Source: an uncultured Acidobacteriota bacterium (GTDB taxonomy: Bacteria; Acidobacteriota; UBA6911; RPQK01; JAJDTT01). Taken from it: a stretch of DNA of 64,000 bases. The notes under the pieces are model-generated. The model was not told the origin of the DNA and did not search any database. It saw only the letters and a list, made by a program, of their open reading frames with translations. The stretch is from NCBI GenBank assembly GCA_951812665.1, contig CATOST010000027.1, positions 2,117 through 66,116 on the forward strand, given 5' to 3'. Made by a program: the position numbers and the translations under genes. Below, piece after piece: positions 50,008 to 60,378 of this stretch (within the stretch, counting starts at the first letter, position 1; each line of letters opens with the position of its first letter).

Positions 50008-51501
50008 GTGAGTCCCGTCCCCAAGCCGATCCAACTCGAAGCCCGGGGGATCCGGAAGGAATATCCGGGAACCATCGCCCTCAAGGACGTCTCGGTACGG
50101 TTCGAAGGGGGCAAGGTGCATGCCCTCATCGGCCGGAACGGCGCCGGGAAGAGCACCTTGGTCCGGATTCTGGCCGGCTCCACTCAACCCACCGCCGGTC
50201 AGGTTCTGCTTGACGGCGAACCGGTGGCGCTGAGATCGCCCAGCGACGCCTTCCAGCGGGGGATCGCCACCGTCTACCAGGAATTGAGCCTGGTTCCGGG
50301 GCTGAGTGTGGCCGAGAACATCCTCCTGGGACGGATGCCCTGCAGCCGCGGCCCCTTCATCGACTGGACGACGGCCGCCGAACAGGCGCGTGCCGTGCTG
50401 GCTACCATGGACGTGGAGATGGACGTGGACGAGCCGGTGGGCCGGTTGGGCTTTGCCCGGCAGCAGACGGTGGAGATTGCCAAGGCCATGTCCTTCCGGC
50501 CGTCGGTCCTGATGCTGGACGAGCCGACCTCGGGCCTGGCCCGGCACGAGACCCGGAGCCTCTTCCGGCTGGTCCGCCAACTGGCGGAGCGGGGCGTGGC
50601 CATCCTCTACATCTCCCACCGGCTCCAGGAGTTGAATGAGATCGCCGACCGGGTCACGGTCCTCCGGGACGGCGACCACGTGGCGACGGTGGAGATGGCC
50701 GAGACGTCGGCCGAGGAGATCGTCCACTACATGTTCGGGGAGACCGTGCAGAAGGAGCGTCCCGCCGATCTCCTGGCCGGGAGGGAGCCGATCCTCCAGG
50801 TGCGGGGATTGTCCCGGGGCGAGGAGTTCCAGGACGTGGATCTGACACTCCATCGGGGTGAGATCCTGGGAATCGCCGGCATGCTGGGATCGGGTCGCAC
50901 CGAGTTGCTGAAGGCCATTTTCGGAGCCCTGCCCTTCGATCGGGGTGAAATCCGTTTCTCTGAAAGCACTTGCCGAAAAGTCTCTCCACCCGAGATGAAG
51001 GACCTGGGTCTCGGCTTTGCGCCCGAGGACCGGAAGCAGGAGGGCCTGGTCCAGACCCAGAGCATCCGGTCGAATCTCTGCCTGGCCAGCCTGGACCGGA
51101 TTTCGAGTCGGGGATTCCTGAGCCGGCGGCGGGAGCGGAGACTGATCCGGGACCAGGTGGATCGCCTGCACATCAAGGCTCCCGACGTGGAAGAGGCCGT
51201 TTCCTCGCTGAGCGGCGGCAATCAGCAGAAGGTGGTGGTGGGCAAGTGGCTCGGCACCTCCTTGCAGGCGCTGCTCCTGGACGAGCCCACGCGCGGGATC
51301 GATCTCCAGGCCAAACAGCAGATCTTCCAGTTGATGTGGGACCTGAGCCGCCAGGGAATCGCCATCCTCTTCGTCTCCAGCGAGCTTGAGGAACTGGTGG
51401 AGGTGTGCCACCGTATCCTGGTCATGAAGCACGGTCGGATTCAGCAGGAGGTCCGGCCCGAAAACACGACCGCCGACCAACTCTTCGTCCAGTGCATGTA
51501 A
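50008..51501 (+). CDS. sugar ABC transporter ATP-binding protein, duplicated ATPase (RbsA/MglA-like)
   Basis: GTG start at 50008. The first half has GRNGAGKST / LMLDEPTSGL. The second half has GMLGSGRTE / LSGGNQQKVVVGKWL / LLLDEPTRGID. Confidence 0.9.
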   Translation: MSPVPKPIQLEARGIRKEYPGTIALKDVSVRFEGGKVHALIGRNGAGKSTLVRILAGSTQPTAGQVLLDGEPVALRSPSDAFQRGIATVYQELSLVPGLSVAENILLGRMPCSRGPFIDWTTAAEQARAVLATMDVEMDVDEPVGRLGFARQQTVEIAKAMSFRPSVLMLDEPTSGLARHETRSLFRLVRQLAERGVAILYISHRLQELNEIADRVTVLRDGDHVATVEMAETSAEEIVHYMFGETVQKERPADLLAGREPILQVRGLSRGEEFQDVDLTLHRGEILGIAGMLGSGRTELLKAIFGALPFDRGEIRFSESTCRKVSPPEMKDLGLGFAPEDRKQEGLVQTQSIRSNLCLASLDRISSRGFLSRRRERRLIRDQVDRLHIKAPDVEEAVSSLSGGNQQKVVVGKWLGTSLQALLLDEPTRGIDLQAKQQIFQLMWDLSRQGIAILFVSSELEELVEVCHRILVMKHGRIQQEVRPENTTADQLFVQCM

Positions 51502-51524
51502 TCCGGCTGACCCCTTCCCGAGTG

Positions 51525-52475
51525 ATGGTCTGGGCCCGAAGCTTCATCCTGGAGCTGGTCCTGGTTGTTCTCTGCCTGGTGCTGGCGTTTCAGGCGGAGG
51601 GCTTCTTCACGGTAGTCAACCTGCTCAACGTTCTGCGGAACGTCTCGATGCAGGGGATCATCGCCTTCGGCATGACCATGGTCATCATCTCGGGCGAGAT
51701 CGACCTGAGCGTGGGATCCGCCGTGGCCTTCGCCGGCTGCGTTACCGCCTGGCTGGCGCAGTGGTTGGCCGCGCTGGGACTGTCCATGGTGGCGGCCCTT
51801 CCACTGGCCATGGTCTCGACGCTTTGCCTGGGCCTGAGCATCGGAGCCCTGACCGGCCTGATCCGGGTCCGCTTCGCCGTCCCCAGCTTCATCATCACCC
51901 TGGCCTGGATGACGGTGTTGACCGGAGTCGCCGAGCTCATCACCGGCGGCTTTCCGCTGACCCCCTTTCCCGAGTGGTACAACTTCTTCGGCGGGGGTTA
52001 TCTCTTCGGCGTGCCCTTTCCGGCGCTGGTCTTCCTGCTGGTCTTCCTGACCACCCACGTTCTCATGGGCTACACCTCGTTCGGACGCTCGGTCTATGCC
52101 GTGGGAGGGAACCCGGAGGCGGCCCGTCTCAGCGGAATCCGGGTGGGACGGATCAAGGTGCTGGTGATGGCCAGCGTGGCCTTCCTGGCCGCCCTGGCGG
52201 GGATCATGCAGTCGGCCCAGATCATGTCCGGATCCGCGACCACGGCCCGGGGTTGGGAACTGAACGTCATCGCCTCGGTCATCATCGGCGGCACCAGTCT
52301 CATGGGCGGGGAAGGGAGGATCAGGGGCACCCTGATGGGCGTCATCTTCCTGGGCATCCTGGTCAACGGCATGACGTTGATGAACATCAACGAATACTGG
52401 CAGCACGTGGTCCGGGGCGCCCTCATCCTGGGCGCGGTCCTCATCAACCGGATCAACGAGCGGTCTCGGGATTAG
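51525..52475 (+). CDS. sugar ABC transporter permease (RbsC/BPD_transp_2)
   Basis: 316 aa and polytopic. Motifs include GEIDLSVGS, VYAVGGNPEAARLSGI and IIGGTSLMGGEG. Confidence 0.85.
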   Translation: MVWARSFILELVLVVLCLVLAFQAEGFFTVVNLLNVLRNVSMQGIIAFGMTMVIISGEIDLSVGSAVAFAGCVTAWLAQWLAALGLSMVAALPLAMVSTLCLGLSIGALTGLIRVRFAVPSFIITLAWMTVLTGVAELITGGFPLTPFPEWYNFFGGGYLFGVPFPALVFLLVFLTTHVLMGYTSFGRSVYAVGGNPEAARLSGIRVGRIKVLVMASVAFLAALAGIMQSAQIMSGSATTARGWELNVIASVIIGGTSLMGGEGRIRGTLMGVIFLGILVNGMTLMNINEYWQHVVRGALILGAVLINRINERSRD

Positions 52476-53539
52476 CTCTCGAGAGTCAATCGCCCGTCTC
52501 GGACGATACATCGTGACCCGACAGATATGTTGGCACCTGGACAGGTCAGATCCATATTCAGGGTGGACTCATTCTTTCCACCCATGTACCTGTTTTCTCC
52601 CAAAGCAAAGAACAGCATCCCTGATTTACATTCATCTACGCCTATGAGTCCCGTTGGGGAATGGATACCCGGGTTTACTCCAATCCCGATGTGGCTGATT
52701 CGATCACGGTGGCCGGAATGCGTGCCAATAAAGTCCGTAAAGGATTTCGGGCTGTTGGCCGCCGAAATGTCGGAAATACGACCGTCGACAAAGGTAAGAG
52801 TCAGATCATGGACGTTTCTCCACCGTTCGATGCAAATGGAGCCCAGAACGGTGGTTTCCGGTACGGTAAACGATATGGCGCCGAATGGCAGGTTCAGAAC
52901 GTGACTATCGCTGAGGCGGCCGTCGTTCTCGAATACAGGTCTGCTGCCAAGCTGGCACTCCAGGCGACCGCCATTGGGAGTCCTCATGTACAGAACGCTT
53001 CCTTGTTCAATGATCTGCTTGACGGCTCGTACACGCCTGTCCAATTCGATCATGTCCACGTCAATGGCGTTTTCCATTGTGCGATAAATGTCCCCTCTGG
53101 GGACCAGGAGTTCATCCTGCCGCACTGCGCCTGGATGCGAGATCATGCCGTTGGGAACGTGTCTGGATTCTTGTTGGTATAAAAGCACTCCTACAGCTTG
53201 GTTCCATGCCTTGAGTCGCTCGGAAGGACAAGATTCGGTCAATTGACGCCAGTCACGCTCGATGACGATGGCGGCATTGGCCCTGGTCGCGAGGTCCAAC
53301 AGAAACGTTGACGGACGTCGAAGCCAATCGATGGGCAACGTCCGAATGCGTTCTGCCTCGTGAGCAATCGAGGTGACGTTGAGGCATGGGACCGCCTCCG
53401 CTTTTTCTACGGCGAGCGATACGGCTTCGATACAATTCCACATGGCAGTGTCGCCGCGGACTTCAACGAACTGCCCTGGCTGTATCTCCAGGCCGGCGAC
53501 GGCCATATCCGCTAGTTTCTTGTAGAGAGATAGAGACAC
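52472..53539 (-). CDS. M29-family (aminopeptidase T/PepS-like) metallopeptidase
   Basis: The N-terminus is YKKLADMAVAGLEIQPGQFVEV. C-terminal motifs are HIGIGVNPG and FALGEN. The gene is AT-richer than its neighbours. Confidence 0.55.
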   Translation of the reverse strand: MSLSLYKKLADMAVAGLEIQPGQFVEVRGDTAMWNCIEAVSLAVEKAEAVPCLNVTSIAHEAERIRTLPIDWLRRPSTFLLDLATRANAAIVIERDWRQLTESCPSERLKAWNQAVGVLLYQQESRHVPNGMISHPGAVRQDELLVPRGDIYRTMENAIDVDMIELDRRVRAVKQIIEQGSVLYMRTPNGGRLECQLGSRPVFENDGRLSDSHVLNLPFGAISFTVPETTVLGSICIERWRNVHDLTLTFVDGRISDISAANSPKSFTDFIGTHSGHRDRISHIGIGVNPGIHSPTGLIGVDECKSGMLFFALGENRYMGGKNESTLNMDLTCPGANISVGSRCIVRDGRLTLES

Positions 53540-53629
53540 TGATTCTTACCCTCAAAATTGAGGATCTATCGGAAGGTTAACGCAACTTGGGCGGCGGATT
53601 CTCGAGTAGGACTCCTTCGGCTGAGGCGC

Positions 53630-54550
53630 TCAGGCCGCCGGCCGGACCGCTTTGACCAGTTCGCGAATGTGCTCGGGGGTGGTGCCGCAACAGCCGCCGA
53701 TGATCTTGATGCCCATATCGGCCATGCGGCGGAAGCGTTTCGCCATCCAGAGCGGCTCTTCGTCGTAGACGATCTTCATGTCGACCAGTTTGGGAATCCC
53801 GGCATTGGAGTGGACCACCAGGGGCTGGTCGGTCAGGTCCCGCATGATGTCGGAGATCTCCACCATTCTCTCGATCCCGTTCCCGCAATTGGTCCCGACG
53901 ACATCGGCGCCGGCGGCGCGCAGCTTGAGGACGGCCTGTTCGGGGGAAACCCCCATCATGGTGAAGTAGCCGCGCGGACCCTTGTCGAAGGTCATGGAGA
54001 CCAGGACCGGAAGGTCGGTAGCCTCCTTGGCGGCCTGGATGGCCAGCGTCGCCTCTTCCACGGCGGTCATGGTTTCCGCCAGGATCGCGTCGGCGCCTCC
54101 CTCGGCCAGTGCTGCAGCCTGCTCGGCGAAGGCTTCGAACATTTCCCGTTCGGTGACCTCGCCCAGCGGCTCGACGAACTCTCCGGTGGGTCCGATGGAT
54201 CCCACGACGTAACAGTCCTCGCCGGCGCCTTCGCGAGCGAGTTGGGCGGCCAGCCGGTTGAAGCGGTGAAGCTGGTCGCCGTAGCCGTACTTCTTGAGCA
54301 TGAAGCGGTTGCCGCCGAAGGAGTTGGTGAGCACCATCTCCGATCCCGCCCCGGAATAGGCGGCGGCCATGCCTCGTACGATGTCGGGATGGTCGGCGTT
54401 GAAGGCCTCGGGACAGCCGCCCGGCTCGAGTCCGTGCATCTGGAGGTAGGTTCCGGTGGCCCCATCCGAGATGAGGGGTAAATTTTGCGACAAACGGTTC
54501 AACAACGGCATCCGGGACATAACCGAATCAGGATACTCGGATTTTTCCAT
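53630..54550 (-). CDS. homocysteine S-methyltransferase-family protein
   Basis: Motifs include LISDGATGTYLQ, VLTNSFGGN, DAILAETM, VGTNCG and IIGGCCGTTPEHI. The start is ambiguous (54520, 54550 or 54586). Confidence 0.8.
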   Translation of the reverse strand: MEKSEYPDSVMSRMPLLNRLSQNLPLISDGATGTYLQMHGLEPGGCPEAFNADHPDIVRGMAAAYSGAGSEMVLTNSFGGNRFMLKKYGYGDQLHRFNRLAAQLAREGAGEDCYVVGSIGPTGEFVEPLGEVTEREMFEAFAEQAAALAEGGADAILAETMTAVEEATLAIQAAKEATDLPVLVSMTFDKGPRGYFTMMGVSPEQAVLKLRAAGADVVGTNCGNGIERMVEISDIMRDLTDQPLVVHSNAGIPKLVDMKIVYDEEPLWMAKRFRRMADMGIKIIGGCCGTTPEHIRELVKAVRPAA

Positions 54551-54574
54551 TGGCGTGCAGAAAAGGGCAGGAGC

Positions 54575-54636
54575 GGCGGTTTCCAACCGCCGAACACCGG
54601 ACGAAACATGCCGGAATGGGGGACAGGAATGTCCCC
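54575..54636. repeat. pair of REP-like hairpins in a divergent intergenic region
   Basis: GGCGGTT-TCC-AACCGCC lies at 54575-54591. GGGGAC-AGGAAT-GTCCCC lies at 54619-54636 and is identical to 2679-2696. Confidence 0.7.
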
Positions 54637-54722
54637 CCTCCAGTCGCCTTCAGGACGACACGGCGCCCAAACTTGACACCCCTCGGGGGCGGGGATAGCT
54701 TGACTGGACTGGGGGTGAATCC

Positions 54723-55307
54723 ATGGAAATACGCGAGGACTTACGCGAATCGGTCCGAAAATCGCTGCCCGAGCTGTCGGAAATCGCCGACGAGAACCTC
54801 CGGGATCTGGTGGTGGACGCCTGGGCCTACTGCCTGGGCCAGAGCTCCTTCCAATCCATCGACGAGATTCGGCCCTCGGGCAACCCCGACACGCCGACCC
54901 TCAAGGGGGGCACCCAGACCGACCACATCCGGGGCGTGACCCGTCTGGCTTTGGCCCTCGGCGACACCCTCAAGGAACAATTCCCCCAGCTCCCCATCGA
55001 CCGGGACCTGCTGACCGCTTGCGCGCTCTGCCATGACGTGGGCAAGCCTTACGAATTCGATCCCGAGCGCCAGGCGCGCTGGAGCAGCCGGCCCGCCGCG
55101 TCAGGCTGGCCGCCCATCCGCCATCCCCAGTACGGAACCCACGTCTGCCTGACGGTGGGGTTGCCTGAGGAGGTCTGCCATGCCGCCGGTTGCCACTCGG
55201 GCGAAGGCGAGCTGGTCCGCCGTTCTCTACACGTGACCATCGTCCACCATGCCGACTACGCCTTTTGGCGTCCACTGGAAGCGGCCGGCCTGCTGGATTC
55301 GAATTGA
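54723..55307 (+). CDS. HD-domain metal-dependent phosphohydrolase
   Basis: Motifs include HIRGVTRLALAL and CALCHDVGKPYE (the H...HD signature). Confidence 0.7.
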   Translation: MEIREDLRESVRKSLPELSEIADENLRDLVVDAWAYCLGQSSFQSIDEIRPSGNPDTPTLKGGTQTDHIRGVTRLALALGDTLKEQFPQLPIDRDLLTACALCHDVGKPYEFDPERQARWSSRPAASGWPPIRHPQYGTHVCLTVGLPEEVCHAAGCHSGEGELVRRSLHVTIVHHADYAFWRPLEAAGLLDSN

Positions 55308-55374
55308 GGCCGTTCGTACCGCGCAGCGATCGGCAACCGTGTTTGGATGGGGCCACTGAATTCGGAGGAGACAG

Positions 55375-58215
55375 GTGATGCCGATCCGCACATGGGCTCT
55401 CATCCCGCTGTTGGGGCTGGTTGCAGGCTGTGCTCTGGACTCGACCCCCGTTTCGAACCGGCCGGCGAGCCAGCCTCCGGTCCCGAAAGCCACCTACCGC
55501 CTCACCTTCGGACTGCAGGACACCTCTCCGACCGCGTGGGACGGGCGTCTCGTTCTTTCCTCGGAACAACGGATTCAGGTGCTTCCCAATCTGCTCCGGG
55601 AACACAACATCGCGACCGGCGAGGATCCCGCCTTTCCCAACGACTACGTCCGGACCGGCTCCAGTTGGGTCGTGAGCTCGCGCAAAGCCTGGATGCGGGA
55701 TCCGAAGGCCTTCCAACTGGAGTATCCCAGCATACTGGTCCAGGTCTGGGAGAACCCCTCCCAGGGACCGGTCCGGATCGAAACCGTCCGGGGCGCCTTT
55801 TCCTTCGTTCCCCGGGAACTTCCCCCATTCTCGACTGCCGAATTCCTGGACGGGGGTGTACTGGTCGAGGCCGTGCCTTCACCCCTGGCCGTCGACTCCC
55901 GATACGCCGGACAACAGGACTACCCGGCAATCTGGGCGTCCGGCTCGGGAGAACTCTGGCTGGTGTGGCAGGAGTACGAGAACGACTCCGATTCGGTCTG
56001 CGTCCGGAACCTTGCGGGGGATTCCTGGGGACCGACGCAGGTGCTGGCGGCGGAGGCGGACGTGTTCCAGACGGCAGTGGCGGAGGACGACTCCGGGCGG
56101 ATCTGGGTGGTCTGGTCCATGCAGGTGGACGGCAACTGGGATCTCTACGGTCGATCCCTTGAGCGAGGGCGCTGGTCCGGGCCGGAACGGCTCACCGAGG
56201 GCGCGGGTCCCGACATCCACCACAGCCTGGTCCGGGATGCCTCGGGACGTCTTTGGCTGATCTGGCGGGCCGTCCCGGGAGACCGGGCGCAGATCATGGC
56301 CCGGAGCTTGGAGAAGGATCGCTGGTCGCCGCCCCGGCAGATCAGCACGGGGGATTCCGCCGCGGGCAACAATTGGTGGCCGGTCGCCGCGGCCGGACCC
56401 GACGGCACGCTGGCAGTGGTCTGGGACGGTTACGCCTCCGGCAGCTACGACGTCTATCTGCGGGTCTGGTCATCGGGCCAGTGGATGCCGGTCCGGACGG
56501 TGGCGGGAACCGCCCGCTTCGAGGCCAACCCTTCGGTCACTGTAGACCCGGGAGGCCGCATCTGGGTGGCTTGGCAGGAGTCGGGCGTCGAGTGGGGCAA
56601 GGACTCCGGCCGGCTGTCCCGGGTGCAAGGGACACAGCTTCGCGAGTCCAGGGAAATCCGGATCGTCTGTCTGGACGGAGAGCGGCGGTTGGACACGGAG
56701 GGGTCTCTCTCGACGATCTTCATCGGAGACCTTTGGGAGATGCCCCACTTGGAGATGGGGCCCTCCGGCGACCCCTGGCTGCTGGTCCGAAAACTGTACC
56801 TGCGCCAGCCCGACATCCGGGAAGTGAGGGGCAGGCTGGGACCCGCCTACTATCCGCGCTGGGACATTCACCTCACCCAATACCGGGACGACCGATGGAG
56901 TGCACCGATACGTCTGGCCCGCACCAGCGGCCGCAACGCCCTGATGCCCTCCGGCGCCAGGACCCCGGACGGCGCGTTCTGGCTCACGTGGGCCACGGAT
57001 CACCGAAACGCCAAGAGCTACATGCAGCAACACAATCAGGTCTTCCTGGCCAGGCTGCAGCCGCCGGAGTTGGAACAAGGCGTATCCCTGGTTCCCGCCC
57101 CTCCGCCGGCAGAGGATCCTCCGGTCCCGTCCATCCATCCCGACGAAGAGGAAGAGTTGGACCGAATCCGCGCTTTCCGGGTGGAGCATCGGGGGAAGAC
57201 CTATTCCATCTACCGGGGAGATCTGCACCGCCATACGGAAATCTCGGTGGACGGTGCGGCGGACGGCACCCTCCTGGATGCCTACCGGTATGCCGTGGAT
57301 GCGGGTGGGTTGGATTTCCTGGGAGTGAGCGATCACACTCACCATGTTGACGAGCCCTACACCTGGTGGCGGAGCCAGAAAACCGCCGACCTCTTCCAAC
57401 TGAAGAATTTCGTGGCCTTCTACGGCTACGAGCGATCGCTGAGTTTCCCCAGCGGCCACCGGAACATCTTCTTCACCGAACGGGGGAAGCCCATCCATCC
57501 CATCCTGGGGCCTGAGGAGCGGGGACAGGAGGGCGCCGAGAGGCTTTTCTGGTACCTTCGGCGCCATGGGGGCACCTCCATCCCCCACACCACCGGCAGG
57601 TCCAACGACTGGCGGGACAACGATCCCGAGGTGGAGACCCTGGTGGAGATCTACCAGGGTCTCCGGGACACCTACGAGCACGCCGGGGCGCCTCAGCCCG
57701 GAACCTTGAAGCCCCGGGACTCCGAGGAACGTCCCGGCTATGTCTGGAACGCTCTGGCCAAGGGGTACCGGCTCGGTTTCATCGCCTCCTCGGACCACCA
57801 TTCCACCCACATGAGCTACGCTTGCCTACTGGCCGAGGACCTGACCCTGGAGAGCCTGATGGAGGCGATCCGGAACCGCCGCGCCTATGCGTCCACCGAC
57901 AACATTATCCTGGACGTGCGTTTCGTCCACGACGGGGGCGAGCATCTCATGGGCGATGAGTTCACCGTGTCGGGGCCGCTACGCCTGCAGGCGAAAGTGG
58001 TGGGGACCGATCCTCTCCATCGCGTGGACGTCATCCGGGATGAGGCTATCGTCTACCAGGTGTCTCCCGAGGGCGAGGAAGAGATCTCCTTTGAGTACGT
58101 GGACGCCGACGCCGGGACCGGCGAGCGTTACTACTACGTGCGGGTCCTGCAGCAGGACGGCATGGTGGCTTGGGGCTCTCCCGTCTGGGTGACCTACCCA
58201 TCGTCCGAGCAATGA
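55375..58215 (+). CDS. large lipoprotein: BNR/sialidase-like beta-propeller repeats + C-terminal PHP/DUF3604-like metallohydrolase domain
   Basis: The lipobox is LLGLVAGC. Repeated blades read RIWVVWSMQVDGNWDLYGRS, RLWLIWRAVPG, TLAVVWDGYASGSYDVYLR and RIWVAWQESG. These are followed by YRGDLHRHTEIS...FLGVSDHTHH. Confidence 0.65.
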   Translation: MMPIRTWALIPLLGLVAGCALDSTPVSNRPASQPPVPKATYRLTFGLQDTSPTAWDGRLVLSSEQRIQVLPNLLREHNIATGEDPAFPNDYVRTGSSWVVSSRKAWMRDPKAFQLEYPSILVQVWENPSQGPVRIETVRGAFSFVPRELPPFSTAEFLDGGVLVEAVPSPLAVDSRYAGQQDYPAIWASGSGELWLVWQEYENDSDSVCVRNLAGDSWGPTQVLAAEADVFQTAVAEDDSGRIWVVWSMQVDGNWDLYGRSLERGRWSGPERLTEGAGPDIHHSLVRDASGRLWLIWRAVPGDRAQIMARSLEKDRWSPPRQISTGDSAAGNNWWPVAAAGPDGTLAVVWDGYASGSYDVYLRVWSSGQWMPVRTVAGTARFEANPSVTVDPGGRIWVAWQESGVEWGKDSGRLSRVQGTQLRESREIRIVCLDGERRLDTEGSLSTIFIGDLWEMPHLEMGPSGDPWLLVRKLYLRQPDIREVRGRLGPAYYPRWDIHLTQYRDDRWSAPIRLARTSGRNALMPSGARTPDGAFWLTWATDHRNAKSYMQQHNQVFLARLQPPELEQGVSLVPAPPPAEDPPVPSIHPDEEEELDRIRAFRVEHRGKTYSIYRGDLHRHTEISVDGAADGTLLDAYRYAVDAGGLDFLGVSDHTHHVDEPYTWWRSQKTADLFQLKNFVAFYGYERSLSFPSGHRNIFFTERGKPIHPILGPEERGQEGAERLFWYLRRHGGTSIPHTTGRSNDWRDNDPEVETLVEIYQGLRDTYEHAGAPQPGTLKPRDSEERPGYVWNALAKGYRLGFIASSDHHSTHMSYACLLAEDLTLESLMEAIRNRRAYASTDNIILDVRFVHDGGEHLMGDEFTVSGPLRLQAKVVGTDPLHRVDVIRDEAIVYQVSPEGEEEISFEYVDADAGTGERYYYVRVLQQDGMVAWGSPVWVTYPSSEQ

Positions 58216-59615
58216 GCGGTCTGCCGCTGCGATTCCTCCCTCCGGTCCTGATCGGCCTCCTGGTCTGGTTCGTGCCGCCGCCGGATGAAGTCCAACTCCA
58301 GGCTTGGCGTCTCCTGGCCATCTTCCTGGCCACCATCGTAGGGATCCTGGCCAAGACCTTTCCGCTCGGCGCCATGGCCATGGTCGGGCTGATCGCCACC
58401 ATGCTCACGGGAGTCCTGAAACCGGACGAGGCATTGGCCGGCTTCGGTTACCCGGTGGTCTGGCTCATCGTGTCCGCCTTCTTCATCTCCCGGGGATTCC
58501 TGGTCACCGGCCTGGGCCTGCGGATCGCGTACCTGTTCATGGCGGCGGTGGGGAAGAAGAGTCTGGGGTTGGCCTACAGCATGATCGGAGTCGATCTGGT
58601 GCTGGCCCCGGCCATCCCCAGCAACACGGCCCGGTGCGGCGGCGTCATCTGCCCCATCCTGCAATCCGTGGCCGCCTCCTTCGGGAGCCGCCCGGACGGC
58701 GCCAGCGCCCGCCGGCTGGGAGCCTTTCTGATCAAGGCGTCCTATCAGGGCAGCGTCGTGGTGAGCGGCATGTTCCTCACCTCCATGGCCGGCAATCCCA
58801 TGGCGGCCGGATTGGCTGCCGGGATGGGAATCGAGATCGATTGGACTACCTGGTTCCTGGCCGCCCTGGTTCCCGGACTGCTGTGTCTCATCGTGGGTCC
58901 CTGGATCCTCTACCGGATCTATCCTCCCGAGATTACCGAGACGGCCGGTGCCGCCCGGATGGCGCGGCGGAAACTGGAGGAGATGGGGCCGCTCAAGCCG
59001 TCGGAGCGGATCATGCTCGGCACCTTCGCCCTTCTCTTGATCCTGTGGATCTTCGGCGGACAATTCGGCGTCAGCAGCGCGGTGGCGGCGCTGACGGGGC
59101 TCGGGATCCTCCTCCTGACCGGGACGCTGAAATGGAAGGACATCCTGGGAGAAAGGGGCGCCTGGGACGCGCTGATCTGGTTCGGAGTCCTCATCAACCT
59201 GGCCAGCCACCTCAACTCGATGGGTCTGATCCCCTGGTTCGGAGACCAACTGGCCGCCGTCCTGGGGGAAGGGCACTGGATGCGGTCCTTCCTGCTCCTG
59301 AGCCTGCTGTATTTTTACAGCCACTACCTGTTTGCCGGAAACACCACCCATATCAGCTCCATGTACGCCCCCTTCCTGGCAGTGGCCATCGCGGTGGGAA
59401 CCCCGCCCCTACTGGCCGCGCTGGTCCTGGGATTTTTCAGCAACTTGTTCAGCGGAATGACCCACTACGGAACCGGCCCGGCGCCGGTCTTCTTCGGGAC
59501 GGGGTACGTGGAGATGAGCGACTGGTGGAAGCTAGGCGGCCTCCTGAGCGTGGTGAACATCCTTATCTACTTCGTCGCCGGTGGGTTGTGGTGGAAGGTG
59601 TTGGGGATCTGGTAG
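58212..59615 (+). CDS. DASS/SLC13-family anion:sodium symporter
   Basis: The ATG overlaps the upstream stop (ATGA). Motifs include APAIPSNTARCGGVICPI and FAGNTTHISSMYAPF. Confidence 0.8.
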   Translation: MSGLPLRFLPPVLIGLLVWFVPPPDEVQLQAWRLLAIFLATIVGILAKTFPLGAMAMVGLIATMLTGVLKPDEALAGFGYPVVWLIVSAFFISRGFLVTGLGLRIAYLFMAAVGKKSLGLAYSMIGVDLVLAPAIPSNTARCGGVICPILQSVAASFGSRPDGASARRLGAFLIKASYQGSVVVSGMFLTSMAGNPMAAGLAAGMGIEIDWTTWFLAALVPGLLCLIVGPWILYRIYPPEITETAGAARMARRKLEEMGPLKPSERIMLGTFALLLILWIFGGQFGVSSAVAALTGLGILLLTGTLKWKDILGERGAWDALIWFGVLINLASHLNSMGLIPWFGDQLAAVLGEGHWMRSFLLLSLLYFYSHYLFAGNTTHISSMYAPFLAVAIAVGTPPLLAALVLGFFSNLFSGMTHYGTGPAPVFFGTGYVEMSDWWKLGGLLSVVNILIYFVAGGLWWKVLGIW

Positions 59616-59864
59616 GCGGATACAAGGAACTCTGTACCGTGTCCGTGTGAGGGCATGTATTCACCATAAAGCCTACAACTACAGGTGTGTTTAGAAATAT
59701 GTCAAAGGATATTTCCAAGTACGTCCGATTGTCCGGTAAGTGTAAGGATAGCGAGGCCTAATGATCCGGTAGTCCTGTGGACCAACATGTTCCGGTGAGC
59801 ATTCACATAAGCAACTTCTTCTGCACGCGATTCTAGAAACGAATACGATTCTAAAGCGACTGCG

Positions 59865-60122
59865 TCAAAACGGTGGTGCAGTTGTATGTCTTCTCAAACG
59901 CTCATTCCAACGAGCGACTGTGACAAAGCCGACGAGAATTGAGATAGGCCAAATGACAATGGCTCCTATCCCCGCAGTAAAAAGTCCGATGAAGAGTCCG
60001 ATGAAGATCAATATCAACGCTGCTGGGACACTTGAATAGAGTAATCCAAATGGTCCGAAACAGAATGTCAGCAGAAATCCTACGAACTGTGATTTTCGCA
60101 TTAGGATCGATTTATGCTCCAA
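59865..60122 (-). CDS. small membrane protein (85 aa, 2 predicted TM helices)
   Basis: The TM segments are FVGFLLTFCFGPFGLLYSSVPAALILIFIGLFIGLF and IVIWPISILVGFVTV. It lies in an AT-rich islet. Its start overlaps the 3' end of the DUF433 gene by 11 nt. Confidence 0.5.
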   Translation of the reverse strand: MEHKSILMRKSQFVGFLLTFCFGPFGLLYSSVPAALILIFIGLFIGLFTAGIGAIVIWPISILVGFVTVARWNERLRRHTTAPPF

Positions 60123-60345
60123 TCGATGTCGTCGGTCTGATCACCGCGTGGGCGTATGCAGTGCAAGCACGAATGTCATCCGGCTCCAGTCCAGGATAAT
60201 CCTTCAAGATCGCGTCGAGAGTAACGCCTTGGGCCAACAGGCTCAGGACCAGTTCCACCGAGATTCTCATATCGCGAACGATGGGCTTTCCCCCAAAGAC
60301 ATCTGAACGCGATGTGATGCGGGACAACAACTCGAAGTTTGCCAT
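60112..60345 (-). CDS. DUF433-domain protein (antitoxin-like HTH)
   Basis: The sequence is MANFELLSRITSRSDVFGGKPIVRDMRISVELVLSLLAQGVTLDAILKDYPGLEPDDIRACTAYAHAVI. It matches the DUF433 pattern GG.P.i.gTRi.V..il......G.s.eeIl.dYP.L..edi.aal.YA. Confidence 0.75.
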   Translation of the reverse strand: MANFELLSRITSRSDVFGGKPIVRDMRISVELVLSLLAQGVTLDAILKDYPGLEPDDIRACTAYAHAVIRPTTSIGA

Positions 60346-60378
60346 GCTCGTTTTCTCCAATCAGGCATCATTGTACAT

